64,000 bases of DNA from Candidatus Nanohaloarchaea archaeon (GCA_041640035.1 JBEQBC010000002.1:96001-160000), one strand, 5' to 3'. Positions 1-9,643 are shown, counted from the stretch's first letter. Numbers and translations are program-made. Notes: a model not told the origin generated them from the letters alone.

Positions 1-2
1 CC

Positions 3-410
3 CTCTGATAGAGTTGACATGTCAGAAGTAAGTTCGGCGACATTCTCTTCCAGGTTCTCAAGTCTTTCATCTATATCCGGAGCTGTGTTCTCATTCACCT
101 TATCAGCTACCGACTCAACATCGTTCTCAAGTTCTTCCAGACGCTGCTCGAAGTCCTCTACAGTATCTCTACGATCAATCTCATCTTCCAGTTCTTCCAG
201 TCTGTTGCTCATCGCTTCCTGGTGCAGAGTCTCGTTGTGGTAGTTGATCTCCAGTTCCTCGATTCTTTGCTCCATCTCGGCAATCTTCTCCTGAAGCCTC
301 GATTCCTTATCTACTATCATTTCCTCCAGGTTCTCCAAGGTCTGCTTCTCCTTAGAGTCGTGCTCGTCGATGTGCTGTTTCACTTCCTGGATGTTGTCGG
401 AGATAGCCAT
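3..410 (-). CDS. Acidic coiled-coil protein, runs off the left edge (partial)
   Basis: ATG at 410; hand translation MAISDNIQEVKQHIDEHDSKEKQTLENLEEMIVDKESRLQEKIAEMEQRIEELE... stays open to the window edge with heptad-like L/E pattern; absent from ORF track. Confidence 0.8.
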   Translation of the reverse strand, partial: MAISDNIQEVKQHIDEHDSKEKQTLENLEEMIVDKESRLQEKIAEMEQRIEELEINYHNETLHQEAMSNRLEELEDEIDRRDTVEDFEQRLEELENDVESVADKVNENTAPDIDERLENLEENVAELTSDMSTLSE

Positions 411-471
411 CTTCTAATTTAGTACTGGTTAGGCGTTGTTAATAAATCCTCCAGAAACAAAAATACTTTGT

Positions 472-1905
472 ATGGAAAAGACTCTCTTGGTAGTCATAGA
501 CGGATTCGGAGTAAGAGAAGAAACACAGGGAAACGCAGCCAAGCAAGCAGACACACCAAACCTCGACAGATTGAAGGAACAATACAACTACACCGAGCTA
601 GAGGCCTCCGGACCTGCCGTAGGACTGCCCGAAGGATACACAGGCAACTCAGAGGTCGGCCACCTACACCTAGGTGCCGGACGAACAATACCACAGAGAC
701 TCACCCGGATCAACCAAGCAATCGAAAACAACGAACTGAGGGAAAAAGAAGCACTGAAAAACGCCTTCCAGAGAGCCGAAGAAAAAGAAGTACCAATCCA
801 CCTAGCAGGAATTATCAGCGACGGAGGAATACACGGACACATCAATCACCTCAAAGCACTGCTTCAAATATCTACTAATTATGATGTAGAGGTTAAGATC
901 CACTGCTTCACAGACGGACGAGATGTCGCACCAAAAAGCGCAGAGAATTTCCTAGACCAGATAGAAGACTGGACAGAACAGTATGGTGGGCAGATATCTA
1001 CCGTCATGGGTCGTTACTACAGTATGGACCGTGATCACAACTGGGAGCGAACGCATAAAGCATACCAGGCTATGGCGCAGGCAGAAGGATTCGAGTTCAC
1101 CGACCCGCGTGAAGCGCTCGATGAGACTTATGATGAGGGTGACTACGATTACTTTGTTATCCCTTCAGTGAACGAAAACTACTCAGGTATGAAGGATGAC
1201 CACGAGGTGGTTTTCTACAACTTTAGAGCTGATCGTGAAAGACAGATTGAGGAGGAACTAGTTTCAGATGTTGACCCTGATGAGTTTGACGAACCGGTTC
1301 ATCCAAAATTTACTTCGATGTTCCGTTACGAGCATGAAATCGAGAACCCTGCGATCTTCGAGAAAAAGATAGTTGAAAACACCTTGGGAGAGAAGCTTGA
1401 AGAGAAAGGTTATTCGCAGCTGCGTGTAGCGGAGAGCCAGAAACGACCTCACGTAACATTCTTCTTCAACGGTCAGAGAGAGCTCAAGTTCGAACACGAG
1501 GAACGCCACTTCGTTGAATCCGACAAGATTAAGGCCTATGATCAGAAACCGGAGATGCACGCAGATGATATTACCGATGTAGTTCTGGAAGCTATGGAGG
1601 AAGGTGAGAAAGACTTCATACTACTGAACTTTGCGAACTGCGACCTAGTCGGTCATACAGGCGATATGGAGGCTGCAGTAACAGCAGCCGAAACAGTTGA
1701 CAGAAATATCGGAAGATTAGTAGATAAATTAGAGGAAACTGAGTACAGATTCATCATAACCTCTGATCACGGGAACTGCGAGGATATGGGGACTAAAGAC
1801 AGTCCTAACACTTCTCATACAACGAATCCTATTCCCTTGTTCTCCGATATAGATATAGAGAGTGATTTGGAAGGTATTACTGATGTGAGGAATTTGATTA
1901 CATGA
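472..1905 (+). CDS. gpmI: 2,3-bisphosphoglycerate-independent phosphoglycerate mutase
   Basis: Motifs IDGFG, GNSEVGH (catalytic Ser), DGGIHGH, FTDGRD, GRYYSMDRD, NFRADR, NCDLVGHTG, TSDHGN, HTTNP; start moved to ATG 472 (MEKTLLVVIDG). Confidence 0.96.
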   Translation: MEKTLLVVIDGFGVREETQGNAAKQADTPNLDRLKEQYNYTELEASGPAVGLPEGYTGNSEVGHLHLGAGRTIPQRLTRINQAIENNELREKEALKNAFQRAEEKEVPIHLAGIISDGGIHGHINHLKALLQISTNYDVEVKIHCFTDGRDVAPKSAENFLDQIEDWTEQYGGQISTVMGRYYSMDRDHNWERTHKAYQAMAQAEGFEFTDPREALDETYDEGDYDYFVIPSVNENYSGMKDDHEVVFYNFRADRERQIEEELVSDVDPDEFDEPVHPKFTSMFRYEHEIENPAIFEKKIVENTLGEKLEEKGYSQLRVAESQKRPHVTFFFNGQRELKFEHEERHFVESDKIKAYDQKPEMHADDITDVVLEAMEEGEKDFILLNFANCDLVGHTGDMEAAVTAAETVDRNIGRLVDKLEETEYRFIITSDHGNCEDMGTKDSPNTSHTTNPIPLFSDIDIESDLEGITDVRNLIT

Positions 1906-3160
1906 TTCTAGGGATATCTTCGGGCCAGCATCTTGTTAGGATTGGATTATCTTGTACATAGTCCGTGGTAGGTGTCATTTCCTCAATCTGCCAGTCAACA
2001 GGAGAGTTTACCGTTGCAGCATCTTCATCAGTGAACTCTTCTCTCACCTGTAGGAATAATTTCGTTATTTCCCAGTCGTCTTCCTGAGGTGTGGAGCACG
2101 TAGGCAAGTTTGCCTGCTGCTGCAGGTCAATAGTAGCATTTAGAGGGCATATATCTCCGCAGTTCTCCCCTACCGTCACATTATCTAAGACCATTTCCTC
2201 CATAGCTCCCAGATTATCTTCAGAGCCGTTAGGATATACCATCAGCAGACTCACATTTTCCACATTTCTCCGATCATTGGAGAGATCCACTGTAATGTTA
2301 ATCTCTTCCTCTTGTCCGATCATGAAGTTATTCTGATCTACCTCCATTTCTCTAAGGAACATCTGTCCATTGCTGAAGGACGGTAAAGCATTACCTGTCC
2401 AGCAATCGTTGAACCGGGTATCTCTCAGATTCAAAGATTGATTCATTACCGTGACCCAAGCCTGCTTGTTCTGGAAATTGTCTCCGTTTCTATCCTCAAA
2501 TACCTGGATGAAAACTCTTTGACTGAACTGAGATTGATCTCCATTTAGGTGATCTTGACAAGGTGTCAGGTCTTCAGACATGTTTCCTGGTTCCGAGTAT
2601 GTGAAGTTGTTGCTTACTTCACAGGTTTCTTGATCATGGCAGACATTCCCTACATCTCCACCCCAGTGAATCGTACTATCTGTGCTGTCTGCGCTTTTCG
2701 GATAGGCAACCTGAAAACCTACGGTATAGTAGTAATCAGAATTATACTCGAATGTCCCGTCATTCCACTCGCTTCCGCCATATTCATCAAGATATTCTTG
2801 TCCATCCAGCTCCTCAAGATTTATTTCATAATTGTAGTTTTCCTCAGAATCGTATACTACATATGAAGGCCATGCACCTATCGCTATACCATCCATTTTG
2901 GTAACGCCGTTATCTGCATCTTCTATCTCGAAATTCTGGATATTACCATATATCTCGCCGCAGCCCATCTCTTCGTATTCTTCTTCCTGACCTGTTTGAC
3001 CTAATCTAGTACATTCTGACTGGTTCTGAACACCTGAGGAGTATCCTGATAGAAAGTTGGTTTGTCCAAATACAAATGTAGCAGCAAAGGCTGCTGAAAT
3101 AAATGTGACGAGCAGAACCACCATAGAAGAGGTTACTTTATTCAATTGTATCACCCGCAA
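1898..3160 (-). CDS. Secreted or membrane-anchored Cys-containing protein at distal end of pilin cluster
   Basis: N-terminal hydrophobic segment, acidic beta-rich body, several Cys and NxS/T sequons; true start uncertain (TTG at 3145 follows GGTGA). Confidence 0.7.
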   Translation of the reverse strand: MRVIQLNKVTSSMVVLLVTFISAAFAATFVFGQTNFLSGYSSGVQNQSECTRLGQTGQEEEYEEMGCGEIYGNIQNFEIEDADNGVTKMDGIAIGAWPSYVVYDSEENYNYEINLEELDGQEYLDEYGGSEWNDGTFEYNSDYYYTVGFQVAYPKSADSTDSTIHWGGDVGNVCHDQETCEVSNNFTYSEPGNMSEDLTPCQDHLNGDQSQFSQRVFIQVFEDRNGDNFQNKQAWVTVMNQSLNLRDTRFNDCWTGNALPSFSNGQMFLREMEVDQNNFMIGQEEEINITVDLSNDRRNVENVSLLMVYPNGSEDNLGAMEEMVLDNVTVGENCGDICPLNATIDLQQQANLPTCSTPQEDDWEITKLFLQVREEFTDEDAATVNSPVDWQIEEMTPTTDYVQDNPILTRCWPEDIPRIM

Positions 3161-3411
3161 GATATGTCGACATTGTCACAGTCCTGAAGGTTATCCCAGA
3201 GGTCTGTATCTCTTCCTTCAGTTATCATCTCGCCATCTTCACAGAACTTTCTCTCGTAATTAGATTCCCATAAAGAACACTGAGCATTGGAAGTGGTGTC
3301 GTTAGAAAAATTCGTAAACCCCTCTGTTTGACCGGTCATAAAACCTATCACCACTACCGCACCGATCATCAAGACCATGAGAACTACCACTATCTCCATG
3401 GTCTTGTCCAT
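3151..3411 (-). CDS. Type IV pilin-like protein without class III leader
   Basis: MDKTMEIVVVLMVLMIGAVVVIGF hydrophobic N-helix, small Cys-containing C-domain, pilus locus context. Confidence 0.75.
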   Translation of the reverse strand: MDKTMEIVVVLMVLMIGAVVVIGFMTGQTEGFTNFSNDTTSNAQCSLWESNYERKFCEDGEMITEGRDTDLWDNLQDCDNVDISCG

Positions 3412-3417
3412 GACTCT

Positions 3418-3663
3418 TTACACCGACACTCGATTTATTTGAGAGTTTACTTCCTCAGTTATCTCATACATTTCATATCCCTCTTCCTGATAAGAGGTTG
3501 GGATGTCATTAAGTTCATCAGATAAGTTTCCTTCAACATCCCCTCTCTGTTCATCTATTGAGTCTCCAAATCCTCCTATCTGAGTGTTAGCCATGGCTAT
3601 GACTATTACAGCAGCCACCATCAGTACCATCGCGACTAACACTAACTCCATGGTTTTATCCAT
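3418..3663 (-). CDS. Type IV pilin-like protein without class III leader (paralog of 3151-3411)
   Basis: MDKTMELVLVAMVLMVAAVIVIAM; ATG directly follows the upstream stop codon. Confidence 0.75.
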   Translation of the reverse strand: MDKTMELVLVAMVLMVAAVIVIAMANTQIGGFGDSIDEQRGDVEGNLSDELNDIPTSYQEEGYEMYEITEEVNSQINRVSV

Positions 3664-4020
3664 CTAGCTATCATCTTCTCCTGTACCTTCTAAACCGGAT
3701 GAATCAGACTGTGCGCTCGCAGATGCACATGTAATTGTAGAACTTCCTCCACCCGAGTCTACTGCATTATAACTATTGATTGTCGTACCAGCTACTCCTT
3801 GACACTGTGTAGGTTTACTTATAGATCCTCCAGGGTTCAAAGAGCATTTGGTCTCAACCTGTGCTTTGCATCCCTGTGAACTGGTGCTGTCGAAGAGATC
3901 TGTTAGGCTTCCTTGTGCCATGAATACGATTATCAGTGCTGTCATCATCAGTACGGATGCGGCTACGATTAGGGTTAGTATTTGTGACATTCCTTTGTGA
4001 GAGGAAAGTTTATCCATCAT
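3664..4020 (-). CDS. Type IV pilin with class III signal peptide (candidate major pilin)
   Basis: MMDKLSSHKG|MSQILTLIVAASVLMM; four Cys; first gene after an intergenic gap with an AT-rich TATA-like element. Confidence 0.85.
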   Translation of the reverse strand: MMDKLSSHKGMSQILTLIVAASVLMMTALIIVFMAQGSLTDLFDSTSSQGCKAQVETKCSLNPGGSISKPTQCQGVAGTTINSYNAVDSGGGSSTITCASASAQSDSSGLEGTGEDDS

Positions 4021-4113
4021 ATAGGTTGGTTATGAAGGGTTGAATAAAAATGCTTCCCAGTTAACCCTGTTTTTCTAGAAAAATAAGAGAGAAAAATATG
4101 TGGTTGACAGGCT

Positions 4114-4407
4114 TTATGCCTGGGATAGGTTCAGTTGGATACTTGAGACATTGAGTTCTTCTCCTTCATCGGTCTCAATCTGGTCGGTTCCTGTCTCGAT
4201 GTCATCTACTTGTACATCTTCGAGGAAACGGTTCTTCACAATTTCTACTACATCTACTGCTCGGCTGATTGCTTTTCCACGAGCCTTTACATGAACCGTT
4301 TCATGTCCTTCTGTGAACTGGGTTACTACTGCCAGTACATAGCTGTAAGCTGGCTTGGAACCGACATATACTGTGTTGTCGTCTTCTTCTACTTGGTCGT
4401 CTGCCAC
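4114..4407 (-). CDS. albA: DNA/RNA-binding protein Alba
   Basis: VYVGSKP-x-x-SYVLAV, [21 protein letters not shown]; GTG start preceded by AGGTGA. Confidence 0.97.
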   Translation of the reverse strand: MADDQVEEDDNTVYVGSKPAYSYVLAVVTQFTEGHETVHVKARGKAISRAVDVVEIVKNRFLEDVQVDDIETGTDQIETDEGEELNVSSIQLNLSQA

Positions 4408-4455
4408 TACTAAATCACCTATACAGCTATAGAATCTAAAAGGATAAAAAACCTG

Positions 4456-5718
4456 CTAGTATGGCCATCCTGCATTAATAGTATGGTTGTATTGGAAATT
4501 GAACGGAATGTTGGTCTCTCCATCATGTGTTATTACAGGCTCTTCATTGTCAGTCATGTCTATTTCAGCTTCGTATTTCGCCAAGCTGACATTGTAATCA
4601 TAATCTATCTGAACTAAGACATCGGGATCGCTTTCATGATCATGAGTGTGACTTACACATGTATCTCCTGGGGGAACATACCCTGTGCAGTCCCAAGATG
4701 GATCTTGGTAGGTATCACCGAATGAATCACTGTCCGAGTGATCGTGGTCACCGGTACAATCCTCGTTATCACAGGTGGTATTTAGATGAGAGTGAGTCAA
4801 ATCACATTCCACCTCAGTCGCATTGTTAGGGTTATCCTCTCTAGGCCACCAAGATGAGGATTCGTCGCTTTCTACATCTATATAGTCGGATTTATCAGTT
4901 CTATCTACAGCGCCTTCAACAACTCCCTGTATGTTATCAACTGCGTTCTGTCTGGCATCCTTGTGAACAGATTCTCTCTTAGACTCTCTTTGGTCGCTTG
5001 TAGGGTCACAGTTTGAAGTTGTTCCTGAATCAGTTCCCCAGGTCTGTGTTTGAGTCATTTCTTCTCTTATGGCCATTGTCAGGTTTCTTGCATATCTTGA
5101 AAGCTCAATATAGTTGTGCGGTATTTCTTGGTCATCGTCTACATCTGGTCCTCGGATGCTATTCATTTCTACTTCTTGGAAGGCTTTTGTCTCCCATCTG
5201 CTTCCTCCGCAGGCAACTATCTTTTCATCTACACTATATTCGAAGACCCAGTCTCCTCCAAAGGTCGATTCTTCTATATCGTAGTAATCAACATTTGGTG
5301 TTTTACTACAGCCTAAATAGTAATCATTAGATCTTAACCCATATTGAGAATGTGCAACTATAGTTTCATTGAACCTGTGCATCAAATAATCCCTGCTGGG
5401 CATGTGAGTTTTGTTCCAGTCCGCATATGAACCGTTTTCGCCTAAGACTAAAGCAGCATTATTTATGGCAAACTCTGCTTGATTATGCATGTAACCCGGG
5501 AACTCTTGAGAGCGCATCTGGGTTTCAGCTACCACCCCCATATCACCCTCGAAATAACTGAACACGAAGTTCATCTGCGTTCTTGCAAAGAGTGTTGTGA
5601 ATAGAGATCCGCCCGAGATAAAAAGCAGCGTTACAACCACGAGTATACTTAGGAACTGGCCTTTGCTGACTTCTGATCTTTCGTAGAGGTTTTTCAACTT
5701 ATTAATGATAATCACCAT
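4456..5718 (-). CDS. Large minor pilin-like protein with His/Cys-rich insert
   Basis: SKG|QFLSILVVVTLLFI class III site; start reassigned to ATG 5718, overlapping upstream stop region. Confidence 0.72.
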   Translation of the reverse strand: MVIIINKLKNLYERSEVSKGQFLSILVVVTLLFISGGSLFTTLFARTQMNFVFSYFEGDMGVVAETQMRSQEFPGYMHNQAEFAINNAALVLGENGSYADWNKTHMPSRDYLMHRFNETIVAHSQYGLRSNDYYLGCSKTPNVDYYDIEESTFGGDWVFEYSVDEKIVACGGSRWETKAFQEVEMNSIRGPDVDDDQEIPHNYIELSRYARNLTMAIREEMTQTQTWGTDSGTTSNCDPTSDQRESKRESVHKDARQNAVDNIQGVVEGAVDRTDKSDYIDVESDESSSWWPREDNPNNATEVECDLTHSHLNTTCDNEDCTGDHDHSDSDSFGDTYQDPSWDCTGYVPPGDTCVSHTHDHESDPDVLVQIDYDYNVSLAKYEAEIDMTDNEEPVITHDGETNIPFNFQYNHTINAGWPY

Positions 5719-6262
5719 AACCTGGATGCCGGTTTGTAGAGGGTGTCGTCGATCCAGAAGGCTCATACGCCTGTGCTACAGATCCATCGATATTAAGAGT
5801 GACATAGACTGTATCGCCCTCAGGGGAAGCTATATTTGCTCTTGCGTGATCGCTTCCCATCCATACCTGCGAACTGCTTACATTATAATCATCGTGATCT
5901 GGATAGTTGATGTGGAAATCATACTCGAAGTTGTCTCCTCCAATAGGCATATATCTACGGACCACTGTACGGATTTCATCTTCCTTATCACTTCTTGAAT
6001 CAGCGTAAGGAAGTTCTCGTATTTCTGATCGAGTTAAATTTGATTCAAGGATTTGATTTAGCATTATTTGGGCTTGGAAACCCTTCTGATTCTTATTGAG
6101 TTCTGCATTTAGACCTGCGTCAAGTTGTGAGTCTTGAAGCCAGTAACCAGCTAGCAACATCATTAAAATCATAGGCACCATTCCTACCGCCAAAGCTGCT
6201 ATTCCTATCTGGCCTTGTAGTCTTTCAGACATCTTTCTTGTGATTATATTTTCTTTAATCAT
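5702..6262 (-). CDS. Minor pilin-like protein
   Basis: Basic leader, LQG|QIGIAALAVG, hydrophobic helix; ATGA overlap with upstream gene. Confidence 0.72.
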   Translation of the reverse strand: MIKENIITRKMSERLQGQIGIAALAVGMVPMILMMLLAGYWLQDSQLDAGLNAELNKNQKGFQAQIMLNQILESNLTRSEIRELPYADSRSDKEDEIRTVVRRYMPIGGDNFEYDFHINYPDHDDYNVSSSQVWMGSDHARANIASPEGDTVYVTLNIDGSVAQAYEPSGSTTPSTNRHPGYGDYH

Positions 6263-6690
6263 TTTTCCACCCCTATATACAGAGGATGATCATCATTAGA
6301 TATTCTTAAAGGCGCTGAACGGACATAACCGGACGGATTTACGCATTCTGATTTCATGGACATATCTACTTGTTCTAAAGAATTCCAAAAACCAATTTCA
6401 AGCGGTCCAGAAGGTTTAAAGTGGCCCTCCCCATCTACCGTACACTCGCTTCCTGTATCTCTCAATGCATTGTCTAAATCTTGACCATCTGAAAAGTGGC
6501 CAAAGCTATCTGCATTGTCGTGAGAAAATACATGCATTAAGCCGGCAGTTTCCCATGTTGCCTCTGTGTAGGTTGTGCTTACTCCGCCAGCAGCTTCTCT
6601 GACCATTGCTGTTTGCATCTGCACCACTGCATTTATTATGAAAAGAAGGAATACCGTTCCAGCGATTAAGGCAAAGACATTACGATCCAT
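6259..6690 (-). CDS. Minor pilin-like protein without leader
   Basis: MDRNVFALIAGTVFLLFII; TGATG stop/start overlap supports ATG 6690. Confidence 0.65.
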   Translation of the reverse strand: MDRNVFALIAGTVFLLFIINAVVQMQTAMVREAAGGVSTTYTEATWETAGLMHVFSHDNADSFGHFSDGQDLDNALRDTGSECTVDGEGHFKPSGPLEIGFWNSLEQVDMSMKSECVNPSGYVRSAPLRISNDDHPLYIGVEK

Positions 6691-7121
6691 CAGCACTTAG
6701 ACCTGTATATGTGTACTACGGGATCTCCTGAGGTTTTATTTAGGCAGTAAAATCTTGAGGGTGATTCGGACTCTTCATTTCGTAGATTGAAGGATCCTGG
6801 CGAGTCTGGAGGATCGAAGGGGGATATCTCTCTTTCTCCATTGAAGGTGAACGATATGTAATACTGTTTGTTCTCTTTGAATAGTGCATAGCCTCTACCA
6901 TAGTCTAGTTGTAGCTTTATATCATCCATAGCCGATACACCATAGACAGTTCTTTCCATCCTCTCTGAAGCCATTCCAACCGATTCACTTCTTATTACTC
7001 CTCCAACATCCACAAGCATTGAATTTGCTATCGTTGCTATCAATCCTACCAGCATAAATGTAACTATTGCAACTGCCATTGTTTCAAAAGTTCCTTTCCT
7101 GGAGTTGGAGGATATTCTCAT
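6690..7121 (-). CDS. Minor pilin with class III signal peptide
   Basis: MRISSNSRKG|TFETMAVAIVTFMLV. Confidence 0.78.
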   Translation of the reverse strand: MRISSNSRKGTFETMAVAIVTFMLVGLIATIANSMLVDVGGVIRSESVGMASERMERTVYGVSAMDDIKLQLDYGRGYALFKENKQYYISFTFNGEREISPFDPPDSPGSFNLRNEESESPSRFYCLNKTSGDPVVHIYRSKC

Positions 7122-7522
7122 TGTCCTTCGGATATATCGTATAGATCTTCCCCATCATCGTTTTCTTCAGATTCTATCGTGTAGCCACTCCATGAGCTGT
7201 CTATAGTGGTTCTTGAATCTACCTTACAGGCCATTTTTCTTTCTTCCAGTGTTTCACCTTCTGGGTTTGTCAGTGTGTAATTATCGTAATTAAGTGTTAA
7301 TTCATAGCCATCCTGTAGATTTATCGTATTCGTGACCTCGTCTTCGTTTCCACAGACATTTCCTATGTCTTCAACGAGATTATTGGTAGAACTTCTGACA
7401 GCACCTTTCTGCTGGGCGCTCACTGAGCCTATTATTATCTGAGGCATGATAATGAGAGCCACTGTCAGCCCAATAGCTCCCGCCACCACATTAGACATTG
7501 TAACCGGACTTTGATTGGTCAT
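7118..7522 (-). CDS. Minor pilin-like protein
   Basis: MTNQSPVTMSNVVAGAIGLTVALII; Cys pair; ATGA overlaps with both neighbours. Confidence 0.68.
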   Translation of the reverse strand: MTNQSPVTMSNVVAGAIGLTVALIIMPQIIIGSVSAQQKGAVRSSTNNLVEDIGNVCGNEDEVTNTINLQDGYELTLNYDNYTLTNPEGETLEERKMACKVDSRTTIDSSWSGYTIESEENDDGEDLYDISEGQ

Positions 7523-7749
7523 AGCTGCACCTCTATTCTTTTAGATTCTGTCTTAGGATATACTTCATCATTTTCATCACTAATAATAAAATCTAGATTT
7601 TGGCCTCTGCTATCGTCCTCTGCTCTTTCTGTAATATTGCCTACACCTTGTTCTCCTAGGTCAATTCCTCCGGAAATCATGCTGTAGATTATGGTTATGA
7701 CTATTACTGCTAATACTACTGCCATTGCAACTGCGGTTTCATGATTCAT
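7519..7749 (-). CDS. Small pilin-like protein without leader
   Basis: MNHETAVAMAVVLAVIVITII hydrophobic N-helix. Confidence 0.68.
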   Translation of the reverse strand: MNHETAVAMAVVLAVIVITIIYSMISGGIDLGEQGVGNITERAEDDSRGQNLDFIISDENDEVYPKTESKRIEVQL

Positions 7750-7764
7750 TCATTAACACCATTT

Positions 7765-7896
7765 TTATTCTAAGGTCATGAATTCCGATAGGAATCCTTC
7801 AAATCCTCCTGTGTTTTGTTGTAAAAGCATAACTATCATCAAGAGTATCATTGCTCCAAGTAAAAGTGATACTACAAATCGGAGGGAAAAATCCAT
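7765..7896 (-). CDS. 43-aa micro-pilin-like protein (not in ORF track)
   Basis: Hand translation MDFSLRFVVSLLLGAMILLMIVMLLQQNTGGFEGFLSEFMTLE*; fills a gap among co-oriented pilins. Confidence 0.68.
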   Translation of the reverse strand: MDFSLRFVVSLLLGAMILLMIVMLLQQNTGGFEGFLSEFMTLE

Positions 7897-7927
7897 GTAT
7901 CTAGATAGGGTTTCGCCAGTTTTTATT

Positions 7928-8140
7928 CTATGGGTCCGGACCTACTGTAGATGCATCTTCGCTAAACTGGTTTAGGGCGTTATCTAGCCAGCCGGAAACC
8001 GATCCAAAGTAGACCGAGACAAATATTACTGCTAATGTTATAGCTGCGACAATGAAAACCGGTTTGTCAAGACCATATCTGTCTTTTTCTTTGGAGAGTT
8101 TGTAGTAGTTCTTCGAGACGCGATAAATATTTTTCATCAT
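7928..8140 (-). CDS. Small pilin with class III signal peptide
   Basis: Basic leader ending DRYG|LDKPVFIVAAITLAVIFV. Confidence 0.75.
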   Translation of the reverse strand: MMKNIYRVSKNYYKLSKEKDRYGLDKPVFIVAAITLAVIFVSVYFGSVSGWLDNALNQFSEDASTVGPDP

Positions 8141-9643
8141 CTAATTATCTACCTCTATAGTTTCATGGTACTCTATTGTGACCCTTTCATCTATTTCAAC
8201 ATAGTTGCCTCCATCAGTTACACATGAATCGGGATCCCCACCAGTTACCATGATATAGGTGGTAATTTTTGTGGCATCAATAGAAGGCATGTGATCCTGA
8301 TCAACGGTGTGCTCTCCTCCACTTCTTCCACCATCGTCTCTGTTGGTTTGAATATAACCTTCTGTTCCCGGACAAAGGACATATTTAGCTTCTGCACCGA
8401 AGTTAATTCCTCTTTCATCATCTCCTGGATCTCCTACTTCTATATCACCTTCATCTCCAGGTTCAAGTACCACAGGGGCATCTACAACTACATGACCTAA
8501 TTTGAGATTTATTCCAGGCCAGTTGGAATCTCCATCAATCACATCCACGCTGTAAGGAGCATATCTTGCAAACTGTAGTCCTGCGAGAGAAGGAATAATC
8601 GCTATATCACCGGAGCCCCATTCATGACTTGTGACGACGCCTGCACCTACGACAGCGATGGTTGAACCTGCCCATGGATTTCCTGTAGCTGACGCACCTA
8701 CGGCAGCTGCGCCAAATCCTACAGCAGTTACTGCTCCAGCCACGTAACCTTGCCAGCAGGTGTCATCCTGTTCGCCAACGACATAGTTAGCTGTCCATAC
8801 TGCATCCCTTCTTACCTCTCCTTTATTGTCTCTTGCCAGTATTATTGGTCTTTCTAGATCTTCAGAAAGTTTGAAAGGTACTCTTCCATATCTTCCTTCC
8901 ATATCGTTACCTGATCTTTTTGCCCATCCTGGCGTACTTTTACAGCTGAAGTAATTCCATACATCTGCTGAGGCAGATAATACTGTATCGATTGTTCCTC
9001 CAACAGTATATCCTATTGGATCGCTTAAGAAGCCGTTAATCGCTCCAGCAAATGCACTACCAGGTATGACCGAGTCTGCATTTTGTACACCTACGCATCT
9101 TGGAGTGTAATCTGTAAACTGGACTGCGTAGTTTGGAGCCTTTTCATAGAAAGGATTCTGTGTTGCTCTTCCAGGGAAGGTGTGCCAAGGAATTGTTTTC
9201 CAGGCATCATCATCGTTTGTAGCTTCTGTTATTCTTTCTTTAGTATCATCAGGTATTGTTATCAGGAATCCTCTATCCGAGTTTCCTGTGTCGTCCCTTG
9301 TAACTTCTTCAGAGTTTGGTACGGTATTTGCATAGAGCATTTGTCCAGATATTAGTTGTCCGGTTTTTGTACAGCTTATTGCTGATAGTTGACTTACTGC
9401 TATTACATCTCTAAACATTTCTGTACCTGGATATTCTGAGGTGAAGTCATCGTGATCTATTGCTCTTTGAATAGTACTATTATCTATGTATAGTCTGTTG
9501 TTTTCTCTTTCTAGAAGCATATCTACGGTGTCATATTCTTCATCTACTGACTCCGTCTTCATTGTTTGAAGTGATCCTAGCACTGCCGAGCCAATCATTA
9601 AGGGAATAATTACTAACCCTATTACTTTTGTGAGGGACCACAT
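8141..9643 (-). CDS. Large pilus-associated protein, candidate adhesin (paralog A)
   Basis: N-terminal hydrophobic helix; shares SQ(L/I)SA, PxCVG, PGWxxxxGNDMEGRYG and CxGxxGY(I/V)xTN blocks with 9683-11158. Confidence 0.7.
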   Translation of the reverse strand: MWSLTKVIGLVIIPLMIGSAVLGSLQTMKTESVDEEYDTVDMLLERENNRLYIDNSTIQRAIDHDDFTSEYPGTEMFRDVIAVSQLSAISCTKTGQLISGQMLYANTVPNSEEVTRDDTGNSDRGFLITIPDDTKERITEATNDDDAWKTIPWHTFPGRATQNPFYEKAPNYAVQFTDYTPRCVGVQNADSVIPGSAFAGAINGFLSDPIGYTVGGTIDTVLSASADVWNYFSCKSTPGWAKRSGNDMEGRYGRVPFKLSEDLERPIILARDNKGEVRRDAVWTANYVVGEQDDTCWQGYVAGAVTAVGFGAAAVGASATGNPWAGSTIAVVGAGVVTSHEWGSGDIAIIPSLAGLQFARYAPYSVDVIDGDSNWPGINLKLGHVVVDAPVVLEPGDEGDIEVGDPGDDERGINFGAEAKYVLCPGTEGYIQTNRDDGGRSGGEHTVDQDHMPSIDATKITTYIMVTGGDPDSCVTDGGNYVEIDERVTIEYHETIEVDN

